A stretch of DNA of 32,959 nt, taken from an uncultured Thiotrichaceae bacterium. Its GTDB lineage: Bacteria; Pseudomonadota; Gammaproteobacteria; SZUA-229. This document shows positions 8,261 through 17,254 of this stretch, piece after piece. How positions within the stretch are numbered: position 1 is the stretch's first letter; every line of letters starts with the position of its first letter. The notes beneath the pieces are model-generated. The model did no database searches. It had not been told where the DNA came from and saw only the letters and a list, made by a program, of their open reading frames with translations. The translations under genes and the position numbers were made by a program. Location of the stretch: contig CAZYCY010000001.1 of assembly GCA_964646145.1 (NCBI GenBank), positions 1-32,959 on the forward strand, in the 5' to 3' direction.

Positions 8261-10032
8261 CAATCACCCACACCTAAAAAATCAGTTAAAACCTCACCCC
8301 ATCGCCGTCTAGCATTTTGGTATTGAGCCCTTGCGTTTGACGAACTTTCAGCTTCCATGCGAGACCACGCTGCTATAGCAAGCTCCAACATTCCTTGTTG
8401 CTCTTCACCAACCTCATGAATTATTTTCCCATAAAAAGGGTGATTCTTATTGATCTGAACTAATGTAAAACCATTCTGACTTGTCACATCAAAAAAAGCT
8501 GAGGAATCAAAAGCAAGTTCTTCAATTTTATATCTTAAACCACTTTGCAAGATTTCTTCTGGTGTAGGCATAGACTCTCTTTGTTTATCACCATGGCCAT
8601 GCTCAAGTACAGATTTTATATCATCTAATGTTGGTACCGTGTCGTCTGAAGATATAGGGTTCTTATCTGCTCTAGCAGAGTCTGCTTCAGTAGCTGCATT
8701 TTCAACAGAACTACCACCATCGCCTCCCTGCTTTTCTTTGGAAAAATTTGAGAAGTCGAGAAGATTCAATGGTTTTCTCAATGAATCAATTACAAAACCA
8801 ACCTTATTTATTATCTTAAAAAGATGTATTTTAGGATCATTATTAAATTTCAAATCATCCTCATATTCTCCTACTGACAAGCCTTCTCTTTCTGCTTCTT
8901 CATCTTTTTGTAAATTATAAAAATTCACAGCTGACTGTTTATTATTTAGCACACCGAAGACTATATCTAATGCTGGAGGAAATGACACTTCAATTGAAAT
9001 AAACCTACCTTTATCCCTAAGTTCAGTAATAAAAAATCCAGCATCCTTGAGCTCTAACTCTCTATTAGATCTAACAATTGACAGTCCAAAATTAGTCGCA
9101 GCGTGTTTTCCCCAGACAGTTCCTCCTGGTCTTTGCTTCGCTTCCTCCCTTATTCTTTTAAAAATTAATGGGTTAACTACAGAGCCTTTTATCTTCACTT
9201 CATGCATCCCATTATTAAATTCAATTTTAATGGTTTCTTCTTTTTCTAGATTGAAAAATGGCTCGTTTTCATAAGGATGTGGAAGCTTTGAAAGTGATGT
9301 ATTCGTTAAAAGATACATCGGGTCGTTTGCTTTAAACTTTTTAGGATTATCTTCTAGTTTATAAACATTATCAATTTCTAAAAATCGGTCGAACCATATA
9401 GTGGCATCGCCGCTGTCTAGGTAATATCTATACATGCGCCCTATTAACGCTTCAGAGTGCTTGTATATTGACGCGCTTGTTTTCCACTGTAAGCGATCTA
9501 AATTACTCCATAATATAAAAGTTCCACTTTTAGAAAGCTTATCTCCTAGCGTTTCCAAAATAGCAGAGGGAATTTCGTTTGTTTTTGGTTTTGGAATGCT
9601 TTCAAGGTTACCATTCATCATTTCATTAATATCTAGGTACGTATAGAAGATTTCGTCTACGTTTATCCACGACCACACTTCTACTTTTGTACATTGTGAT
9701 ATTGATGAATTTGGTAATCCCATGCCAAATTTACCCATACCTTCTTTATCTGTATGATTTTCTCCTGCACCAAACTCCAACGCTTTATAAAGCTGATCAG
9801 GACTCATTCCTGAGCCGTTATCTAGAATGCCTATTTTATCTATTAATTTTAATGCTCGTTGTTTATTAGCCTTTGATACAGTCTCATAACATATGAGTCT
9901 TACTATTTCTGCACCTGCTTGAATGCTATTATCGATCAACTCCGCTATTGCATATGCTGCATTTTTATAGCCATTATCACGTAATGATTCTATTACTACC
10001 TGACCACTTATAAATGGGCGTGAATTTGTCAT
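8257..10032 (-). CDS. GHKL-superfamily (HATPase_c_3 / MORC-like) ATPase
   Basis: 591 aa. N-box AELIDNSIQAGA, G1 box LDNGSGMS, G2 box GKFGMGLPNSS. It lies 20 nt downstream of the helicase gene on the same strand. Confidence 0.8.
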   Translation of the reverse strand: MTNSRPFISGQVVIESLRDNGYKNAAYAIAELIDNSIQAGAEIVRLICYETVSKANKQRALKLIDKIGILDNGSGMSPDQLYKALEFGAGENHTDKEGMGKFGMGLPNSSISQCTKVEVWSWINVDEIFYTYLDINEMMNGNLESIPKPKTNEIPSAILETLGDKLSKSGTFILWSNLDRLQWKTSASIYKHSEALIGRMYRYYLDSGDATIWFDRFLEIDNVYKLEDNPKKFKANDPMYLLTNTSLSKLPHPYENEPFFNLEKEETIKIEFNNGMHEVKIKGSVVNPLIFKRIREEAKQRPGGTVWGKHAATNFGLSIVRSNRELELKDAGFFITELRDKGRFISIEVSFPPALDIVFGVLNNKQSAVNFYNLQKDEEAEREGLSVGEYEDDLKFNNDPKIHLFKIINKVGFVIDSLRKPLNLLDFSNFSKEKQGGDGGSSVENAATEADSARADKNPISSDDTVPTLDDIKSVLEHGHGDKQRESMPTPEEILQSGLRYKIEELAFDSSAFFDVTSQNGFTLVQINKNHPFYGKIIHEVGEEQQGMLELAIAAWSRMEAESSSNARAQYQNARRRWGEVLTDFLGVGDC

Positions 10033-10052
10033 TTTTTATCCATATTATTCAA

Positions 10053-11663
10053 TTAAACTTCATTCCAAGATTGGTTCCAATATTCGAATGCATTACTTAA
10101 ATTCATAAACTCTGGAATATTATCTACAACTGTATATATATTACAACTATAATTGCCCCCACTCTCTTTTCCTCTCATAGCTCTCCCTACCATTTGAGAA
10201 TACAAAACAAGTGATGTTGTAGGCCTCCCAACAATTGCAACATTAGTAATTGGAGCGTCAAATCCTGCTGTTAGAACGCCATAATTAACAATGATTTTTA
10301 ACTTTCCATTTTTAAAGTCTGATATTTTTGATCTGCGCGATTCTGTCGTATCATATCGACTATCCAGCGAACTTGCAGGACATCCTAAACAGCATAAAGC
10401 AGCAGCTAATTCTCTTGAATTATCCACACTACATGCAAATATTATTATCGTACTACCATTATTATATTCCTTAATTGCTTGTTTAATGATACTTGAGTTT
10501 CTATCTTCGTTCTTCCCTAGTGTCTTTAACAAGCTAGCTTCATCTAGACCAGAAACACTCTCTCCTAAAGAAACCTGACCTTCATAATTAATTGGATAAA
10601 AACTGGGGTTAGCTAAATATTTATTTTCAATTAAATACCTAACAGGTGATTGATACCCTTTTACTTTCATAGTTACTTTGGTACGAGAAAATAGTTCAGA
10701 TAATTCATAATTCTCAGTGCCATCATCATTAAAGGTCCTACCTGGTGTTGCAGTTAAACCCAAAACAAATGCATTTTTTTCAGTGCCACTAGATAATTCA
10801 TCCAGTGTAGTTCTGTACGTGGGAGCTAGTGCTTTATGAGCCTCGTCAAATATTATTAAGGTAACATTGTTTTGTATTTTTTCAAATAAAAATTTTCTAT
10901 CTGTTTTTTTTAGGCTATGAATTCTTTGTAATCCTGCAACTAAAAAACCATTTTTTATTCCACTCAACGATTTTTTTGAGTCAGAAAAAAAAGAATAATT
11001 ATTTATATTTCTATTTCCAAGCTTACCCCAAGCAATATCAAACTCTTCGGATGCCTGTGTACACAATTCTTCTGAGTCAGCCAGCCAAATAACTAAACCG
11101 TCTTTATTACGCCTTAAATGCTCGCAGACCACATTAAGTGCTGTACGTGTTTTTCCTGCACCTGTAGGCAAATGAATTAAAGCTCGATTTGTTTTATCAC
11201 TATTAATTAAATCTATAGTCTTGTTCGAAACTTTAACCTGATAATCATACAGTGGGTAATCGGGAACAATTGGCTTTACATCAGAAATTGATACACTCGC
11301 TAAAGCAGCGGCATCCCACTGCTCACCCATACCCATTATCTGAGAGAATTTTTTCGTATAGTTTTTTGCTAATACTTTTAGACTTTCATATTTTTGCAGT
11401 TGTTCTATATTTGATAAATCCACATCTTTGTCAAATTCATAAAACACCTCATTGAGTTGCTGAATTGTCATTCGCGAAATGATCAAATTTCTGTATTCAC
11501 TATTTTTGATTAAGTCGATACCCACTGTTAATAAAACTGCAATACTTAAATTTCGAATGTCTAAGTTATTTTCAGTTATTTCTCTTGCAAATCTTAGAGT
11601 TTTCGAACCTAATATATTTCCAAGTTCCGCTTCGCTACAGTTTTCTAAAATATTTTTTATCAT
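10053..11663 (-). CDS. SF2 DEAH-box helicase (type III restriction Res-like core)
   Basis: 536 aa. Motif I HLPTGAGKTRTA, motif II IIFDEAHKA, motif III LTATPGR, motif VI QMVGRAMRG. Confidence 0.85.
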   Translation of the reverse strand: MIKNILENCSEAELGNILGSKTLRFAREITENNLDIRNLSIAVLLTVGIDLIKNSEYRNLIISRMTIQQLNEVFYEFDKDVDLSNIEQLQKYESLKVLAKNYTKKFSQIMGMGEQWDAAALASVSISDVKPIVPDYPLYDYQVKVSNKTIDLINSDKTNRALIHLPTGAGKTRTALNVVCEHLRRNKDGLVIWLADSEELCTQASEEFDIAWGKLGNRNINNYSFFSDSKKSLSGIKNGFLVAGLQRIHSLKKTDRKFLFEKIQNNVTLIIFDEAHKALAPTYRTTLDELSSGTEKNAFVLGLTATPGRTFNDDGTENYELSELFSRTKVTMKVKGYQSPVRYLIENKYLANPSFYPINYEGQVSLGESVSGLDEASLLKTLGKNEDRNSSIIKQAIKEYNNGSTIIIFACSVDNSRELAAALCCLGCPASSLDSRYDTTESRRSKISDFKNGKLKIIVNYGVLTAGFDAPITNVAIVGRPTTSLVLYSQMVGRAMRGKESGGNYSCNIYTVVDNIPEFMNLSNAFEYWNQSWNEV

Positions 11664-11683
11664 TATATTAGTGAATTAAGCCA

Positions 11684-12541
11684 TTATAAACTACAAATCA
11701 AACAAGCTTGATCTTCAGGGTCTTCATCATCTTCTTGATGCCTTAACACATCCTGCCATCTTTCAGTTTTTTTACTTGTTTTATTAATGTCTGTTTTCTC
11801 TCTCAACTCTGCTCTTTTAACAAGCTCATCTAAAGACCCTTGAGAGCTCCAGGTATACCCATGACCACCAAATTCCACCTCACCCTCTTTCCAGTCGAAT
11901 TTCGTTCGTATTTTATTCTCAAATTCTTTTGCTTTCTCAAATAATTCAGGATGGTTTCGTTTAAGACCTAACCATTCTTTTTGCTGTTGGAAAAAGCAGA
12001 AATAACAACCAGATCGTGATCGCCATTTATAGTATTTTGGAATGCCAACTGTATCTTCAAGCATCTGGAATATATCATCACGTACTAGACCATCTTCTAC
12101 AAAAGGGAAAACTGCTTTTATTGTTGGTTTTTGACTAATGTAACCTTCTCGATTTTCATCTGCACGTATGCCGACATAAGTAATAACAAAGTCATCCCCT
12201 ACAAATTCCTCAAAGGGTTTAATTTTCATCATTCGAGTACACCATCTTTGCTGTGGTGATGGCAAGTATTCATTATGAACCTTTAGCCAATGCTCAAATG
12301 GTTTTCCACTACTGAGTCTTATAATCTCTTTACCTAAATATGCTTCAAGCTTTGCTAGAAATTCATATACCTCATCTAATTCAGCGCCCGTATCAGTAAA
12401 GAAGTATTCAACCTTTTCATGAACGTCAGGATGTTGTTCTTTGATATAAATAGCTAAGGCTGCACTATCTTTACCACCAGATATTCCTAAAACATGTCGA
12501 TATTGATTATCGTTTATATACTTTTTATAATTCTGGCTCAT
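11684..12541 (-). CDS. sspD: SspD-like PP-loop ATP pyrophosphatase (PAPS-reductase family)
   Basis: 285 aa. PP-loop ISGGKDSAA. Cys pairs SGCYFCFF and C-terminal CLICSL. Its short length fits SspD rather than ~500-aa DndC. It follows sspC after 6 nt. Confidence 0.8.
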   Translation of the reverse strand: MSQNYKKYINDNQYRHVLGISGGKDSAALAIYIKEQHPDVHEKVEYFFTDTGAELDEVYEFLAKLEAYLGKEIIRLSSGKPFEHWLKVHNEYLPSPQQRWCTRMMKIKPFEEFVGDDFVITYVGIRADENREGYISQKPTIKAVFPFVEDGLVRDDIFQMLEDTVGIPKYYKWRSRSGCYFCFFQQQKEWLGLKRNHPELFEKAKEFENKIRTKFDWKEGEVEFGGHGYTWSSQGSLDELVKRAELREKTDINKTSKKTERWQDVLRHQEDDEDPEDQACLICSL

Positions 12542-12547
12542 ATCTTG

Positions 12548-15500
12548 TTACCTACTAACTAATGATTTTGATTGTAGTTTTTCAGGTTTATTTTTTTGAG
12601 TAACTTGTTCTCCCCTGTATTCAGTTAAAAACTTATTAACAGATTCTGCTAATACAGCCAGCATGATTTCTTTATCTGGAAGTTCTTTAAGTACGTCTGA
12701 TATGTCTTTATTAGCCTTATTTCTCAGCTTAATACTTTCTTGGTCTGCGATAGCAATTTCATCTTGAATTGCTCCACCCTTTTTAATGCTACGCAGCAAA
12801 TATACATCAAAGTCACCATTTTTCTTTATCGCACAATCTTTTTCATGTAGCCTAAGTTTTTCTAGATCAATTATACGTTGCGAAAAATCTGCTAAACGAT
12901 ATTCAGCTGTATCTTGATCGCTATCTAACCATTTTTTAGATGGCTTATTACCTAAGAACATAAGTATATTTTCGAACCATTCTTCATCTGTACTAGAGGA
13001 TTTAATTATTCGCATGATAAATGCACGCAAGCCTTGCATATCAATTGTGTAGTTTTCTAAACCATAACAATTTCCTGCCAGTCTTTTTCTAATATCTCCT
13101 AACGACAGCTTAGAATTTATGTTAAATGCATGTGCAATCAGCTCTTTTTGTTTATTTAAAAGATTGTGATATGAATCTTTTAACTCCTTCAGTGTTTCAG
13201 TCAAGGTTTGTGAAAACTCCTCCAGTTTATTGTTACTCAAGCTTGAATTAATAACATTGAAACCAAGTTTTTCTGGCAACTGTTCAAATAATAATATTTC
13301 AGGAGACTTCGCTAAATCAAAAGCGGCTCTTACTTTTATAGCTTTTTGAGATAACCCTCTTCTAGTCTTTTGTGTATATTCAGGTAACTTTCCCATAAAT
13401 ACTGCAAGTGGTCTGGCTAATTCCAGCAGAGTGCGTTTTTTGCTATCCCCATGTAAAACTTTTGAATATTGTTTAAATATTGAAGCGCGTAATCCAGTTA
13501 TTCGAAACCGCTGAATCTCAAACTCATCAGGCCGTTTAACAAAACGCTCAATCATCTCTTCAGTAAAATATGGTTTATACCTTCCTTGTTCGTAAACCGC
13601 GAGTTCGTGCTGATAGACTAAATAGGCTGTTATATAAAAAACGGGTAATAAACCGGCTTTAACACCATAGGGCGGCGCTAATAATTCGGCATTTAATTGG
13701 GTAAAAGATTTAGCTTGTTTTTCAGTGCTATCAAGAAACTCGTCAATACATTGCCAGACATGACGAAGATTTGATTTTTTATCTTTTCTACCATCTGTTG
13801 GTGGCGCACAAAGATTCCATGTTTCGTCGCCATCCGTTATTTTATCAATTATTAACTGATGCAAACCTGTTTCGCGTAATACAGATCGGTACATTGATTT
13901 TTCAGCGGGGAATTTTTCTATACCTAAATCTGCTTTTGTTGCATGGTTTTGCATTGCATATAACAGCTTGTTACGCGCAGCATTGGCTTGTGCAGAAGGT
14001 TTATCTCGGTTGATCAGTTCATTAAAGACTTTCGGCATTTTGTTATAGACTTTACCAAGAACGCTTGAAAGCATTTCTTGCATGGTTCGCTTACTGGTTA
14101 TTTCTAATTTTTTTCCGCTGTGATACCAAATGCTATCAGCGGGTGAATCGATCAAACTTTTTAATAGTTTACCTTCTGCTTGTTCTGCAGCCGTTAACCG
14201 ATCTTCAAATTCACGCTTAGCGACTGGGTCGCTATTGAGCTCCTGGCTATTTATTCTGACGCGATTTAACGCTATGGTTTCCGCTACGGCTTCCCTTAAC
14301 TGCGCTCCATTAAGACTTAAAGCGGTTATATCCAGATTTGAGAAATAGTTAATTACATCTGTATGAAATATTTTCTCGTCATCCTGGTCTGCCGCCAGGT
14401 AGAAGATGATGCGTGCATCTTTACTTTGTTTTTCTGTCGTTTTGTAATTTTTTGCATCAACAAAAACAGGCACAAAATACCTTAATGCACCTGTTTGAAT
14501 GGTGTATTTACGAGCAACAACTGGCAGCATGTTTTTGGCTGTATTCAATTCTGCTGCCAGGGAGAACTGACCGATATTATTTATTTCTTCCTGCAATGCC
14601 TCTTCTAGATCAAAATCACTGCCCTGCCATACGCGGTATTCGTTGTTAAAGCGTCGATAATTGATGATGGATTTATCTTGCAGTGCTTTGATTGCGTTCC
14701 TTGCTGTTATTTTCTTAGGTAAGCAGGTTTCCAGTATGGCTTTAGATGCTTTAAAACCACCTTTGCTACCGATAATATTTAGGATGCCAATGGTTTTGAG
14801 AATATTAACTTCGTCTTCGCATGCATCACCTAGACGCTCAATAGCGGTTACTACTTCTGCCCAGCGCCGATGGGTTAAATAGTCACCTAATACTGATGGT
14901 TGGTTAGTAATAAAATAATCGTAGATATGATGTGGGTAAACATAATCTCCAAAGTTATCCATCTCATGCAGCATATGCTGTAAGCCAAACTCTTCATGAC
15001 TACCAAGATAGCTAAATATGGTGCGCTCGTTTTGCGCTACTTTCTGGCAGAGTAATGGCAATATAAGCGCACTAACGGGATGCAATGGATAACAGTTTGA
15101 ATACAGTTCCACTGCCTCGTCAAATTTCAACGCACTGGGCATGGCTTGTTGTTTGACTAATACATCGACTACTTTTGTAGTTATATTTGTCAGCGTATTT
15201 TTTTGTTGTTTAGTAAGGTTAAATTCAAATGCTGCTGATACAACACGTAATATTTGTTCGGCAGATTCCAGAAAAGGCACTTCTTCAAAACGCCCCTGCA
15301 CTTTAGACCATTCATTTTTTAGATTTTCACCTAGACCTTTTGCGTATTGCTCAAATGATTGATGCAGTAGTACAAATAAGAAAAGATTAACCTTACTGCC
15401 TTTACAGGCATGTTCAGCAAGTGCCTGTAATAAATATATATCGTTAGCACCGTAATGGCGTGCTTCGTATTCTAAAAATTTGCCAAGTTCATCTATTACT

Positions 15501-16072
15501 AATAGTATGCCTTTGCAGTGTGTTTTTTCTAGAAGCAGTTGAAGTTTTATAAACAGTTGTATCAGTTCATTTGATGAAACATTACTTGTTGCAGCTTGCT
15601 TTATTTCTTTAATGATTTTTGGTTTTCTACTTGGTATGTTTTCCCAATATGCCTCTGCTGCATCGGCTAAACCTTTAACCAATCTCTTTGACAATGATTC
15701 AGGTGAACCAGTAATGAGAACTTTTAAATAGCCCTGATTTTTATTGGTTTGGTTGCAGAATTTTTTCGCTAATAATTCATCTGCCTTTTTTAGTACTTGC
15801 TGTGCTGCTTGCGAGCCTTCTTCAGAAGGGTTAGATAATAGTTGCGATAAAAATACTGAAAAAGAGGATTTACCTGAACCGTATGGGCCGATTAAAGACC
15901 AGGCTCTAGGTGATAGGCCAGTATTAAACGCATCAGACACACGTGCAAAGGTTCTAAGTGCCCTGGACGTAGGGATGTATGCATTAATAACATCAACTGA
16001 ACCAGCATCCCGTTCGAGGTTAATTGAACGAGTGTAGTGTGTATTGACTGTAACGAGATTATTTATGTTCAT
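12548..16072 (-). CDS. sspC: SspC-like large P-loop ATPase
   Basis: 1174 aa. Walker A GPYGSGKSS, Walker B LLVIDELGKF. Its start overlaps the sspB stop by 4 nt (ATGA type). Confidence 0.75.
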   Translation of the reverse strand: MNINNLVTVNTHYTRSINLERDAGSVDVINAYIPTSRALRTFARVSDAFNTGLSPRAWSLIGPYGSGKSSFSVFLSQLLSNPSEEGSQAAQQVLKKADELLAKKFCNQTNKNQGYLKVLITGSPESLSKRLVKGLADAAEAYWENIPSRKPKIIKEIKQAATSNVSSNELIQLFIKLQLLLEKTHCKGILLVIDELGKFLEYEARHYGANDIYLLQALAEHACKGSKVNLFLFVLLHQSFEQYAKGLGENLKNEWSKVQGRFEEVPFLESAEQILRVVSAAFEFNLTKQQKNTLTNITTKVVDVLVKQQAMPSALKFDEAVELYSNCYPLHPVSALILPLLCQKVAQNERTIFSYLGSHEEFGLQHMLHEMDNFGDYVYPHHIYDYFITNQPSVLGDYLTHRRWAEVVTAIERLGDACEDEVNILKTIGILNIIGSKGGFKASKAILETCLPKKITARNAIKALQDKSIINYRRFNNEYRVWQGSDFDLEEALQEEINNIGQFSLAAELNTAKNMLPVVARKYTIQTGALRYFVPVFVDAKNYKTTEKQSKDARIIFYLAADQDDEKIFHTDVINYFSNLDITALSLNGAQLREAVAETIALNRVRINSQELNSDPVAKREFEDRLTAAEQAEGKLLKSLIDSPADSIWYHSGKKLEITSKRTMQEMLSSVLGKVYNKMPKVFNELINRDKPSAQANAARNKLLYAMQNHATKADLGIEKFPAEKSMYRSVLRETGLHQLIIDKITDGDETWNLCAPPTDGRKDKKSNLRHVWQCIDEFLDSTEKQAKSFTQLNAELLAPPYGVKAGLLPVFYITAYLVYQHELAVYEQGRYKPYFTEEMIERFVKRPDEFEIQRFRITGLRASIFKQYSKVLHGDSKKRTLLELARPLAVFMGKLPEYTQKTRRGLSQKAIKVRAAFDLAKSPEILLFEQLPEKLGFNVINSSLSNNKLEEFSQTLTETLKELKDSYHNLLNKQKELIAHAFNINSKLSLGDIRKRLAGNCYGLENYTIDMQGLRAFIMRIIKSSSTDEEWFENILMFLGNKPSKKWLDSDQDTAEYRLADFSQRIIDLEKLRLHEKDCAIKKNGDFDVYLLRSIKKGGAIQDEIAIADQESIKLRNKANKDISDVLKELPDKEIMLAVLAESVNKFLTEYRGEQVTQKNKPEKLQSKSLVSR

Positions 16073-16995
16073 GCGGCTATACCTTTCTCTAAGTCCATAT
16101 AATATTTTTTAATATAAGATAGCGGTTCTATTTCATTGGTTCGATACAATTGATGTATGCCCGCTGTTTCTCGTATATCAAAATGTCCGGGGATATAATT
16201 CACCATTAATTCTAGTTTGGTAATTAAGTCTGTTTCCGTTAACCTGAAAACGGAACCTGGTGCTGCATAGTCGTTTCGGCTATACATGAGTTCTTCAATG
16301 GCTATGGTCATAATATTTCTCTGCTGCATTAATTGAGATACCGCAAAAGAAAATATTCCGACTGGCAAGCCTGATCTTGCTTCTGGTTTTGACTGGTATG
16401 TTCGAGCACTCGAAAACTGTGTGACCAGACCAAGTAAAGATAGTGGTGAGTCTAACGCTTCTTCCAACGCTATACGGGCGTTAGCTTTTGACTGCGTATA
16501 CATACGTGGCAGTAATAAGGCATCATTTTTAATGGTATTCGCTGAGGGCCGACGTTTTTCTACGACACGCTCTTTAATAAAGTCGATAAGTGCTGTTTGT
16601 AATTCTTCAGCGGTAAATTCTGGTTTGTGAAATTTATTAAAAAACCAAAACCACGATGTTGCCATTGCTGAGTTAGTGACTAATAACCAGTGTACTAACC
16701 AAATAGTCGCTTCATCTTCTAAATAAGGGTCTAAGCCAGTTTTTGCATCAAAGACTAAATTACCAATTGGTTCTGCAACCTCTGGTTTTTGAGAGCTTAT
16801 TAACTGGCATGCTCTTAACCAGTAGCGTATTGACGACACCATGTTACGACCGACTCCAAGCACAACCACAGAATCGTCATCTTCAAATACACCCGGTTTT
16901 TGTTTTAAGGCATGGAAACCTTTAGATAGCCAGCTATAGCGAAGTGCAAATGTTTCGTGCCGACCGAATGCAACGGTATCGCTTTTAAATTTCAT
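16069..16995 (-). CDS. sspB: SspB-like DUF4007 protein (PT-system nickase family)
   Basis: 308 aa. The N-terminus FGRHETFALRYSWLSKGF is the hallmark DUF4007 block. Its ATG directly abuts the stop of the upstream RHH gene (TAAATG). Confidence 0.8.
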   Translation of the reverse strand: MKFKSDTVAFGRHETFALRYSWLSKGFHALKQKPGVFEDDDSVVVLGVGRNMVSSIRYWLRACQLISSQKPEVAEPIGNLVFDAKTGLDPYLEDEATIWLVHWLLVTNSAMATSWFWFFNKFHKPEFTAEELQTALIDFIKERVVEKRRPSANTIKNDALLLPRMYTQSKANARIALEEALDSPLSLLGLVTQFSSARTYQSKPEARSGLPVGIFSFAVSQLMQQRNIMTIAIEELMYSRNDYAAPGSVFRLTETDLITKLELMVNYIPGHFDIRETAGIHQLYRTNEIEPLSYIKKYYMDLEKGIAA

Positions 16996-17190
16996 TTATC
17001 TTACCTTCCGTGTATTGCTATTATTATCTGGCAGCAAGCTCAGCTGAGTTTTGTCCTTTAAAAACCCGTCTGCATTGCTCATAAACCACTGCTTCATCGT
17101 GAGCTCTTCTTTTTCTAAAGCAGAATATAGCTCCTCTTTTAAGGCTGGGTCAACCTCAATGACTATGCGCCCACTTGTACCTTTAGCCAT
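16996..17190 (-). CDS. Ribbon-helix-helix (CopG/Arc/ParG-like) small DNA-binding protein, first gene of the ssp operon
   Basis: 64 aa. Beta strand GRIVIEV, helix PALKEELYSALEKE, then helix TMKQWFMSNADGFL. It is translationally coupled to sspB. Confidence 0.55.
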   Translation of the reverse strand: MAKGTSGRIVIEVDPALKEELYSALEKEELTMKQWFMSNADGFLKDKTQLSLLPDNNSNTRKVR

Positions 17191-17212
17191 TATTTTTGCC
17201 TACCTTTTATTG

Positions 17213-17254
17213 TGTTATGTTACATAGAATATGTCACATAACATTTATTGTCAA
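17213..17254 (-). promoter_or_regulatory. Sigma70 promoter with an overlapping palindromic operator for the RHH-ssp operon
   Basis: Minus strand: TTGACA (17254..17249), 17 nt, TATTCT (17231..17226). Imperfect 13-nt inverted repeat tgttatgttacat / atgtcacataaca (17213..17225 and 17231..17243) covers the spacer and -10. Confidence 0.55.

Noticed and set aside
12548-16072. Numerous 60-100-aa plus-strand ORFs inside sspC, and similar ones inside the GHKL, helicase, sspB, mutS, recN and glutamate-synthase-like genes.
   Set aside because: They are antisense to long motif-bearing genes. They are low-complexity and have no SD sequences or recognisable motifs. This is typical shadow-ORF noise.
11684-16995. 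Classification as a Dnd (DndBCDE) system or as BREX type 4 (PAPS-reductase BrxP).
   Set aside because: The PP-loop protein is short (285 aa), not DndC-like (~500 aa). A DUF4007 protein precedes the ATPase. There are no DndD/DndE-like genes and no BrxA/BrxL-like genes. SspBCD fits better.
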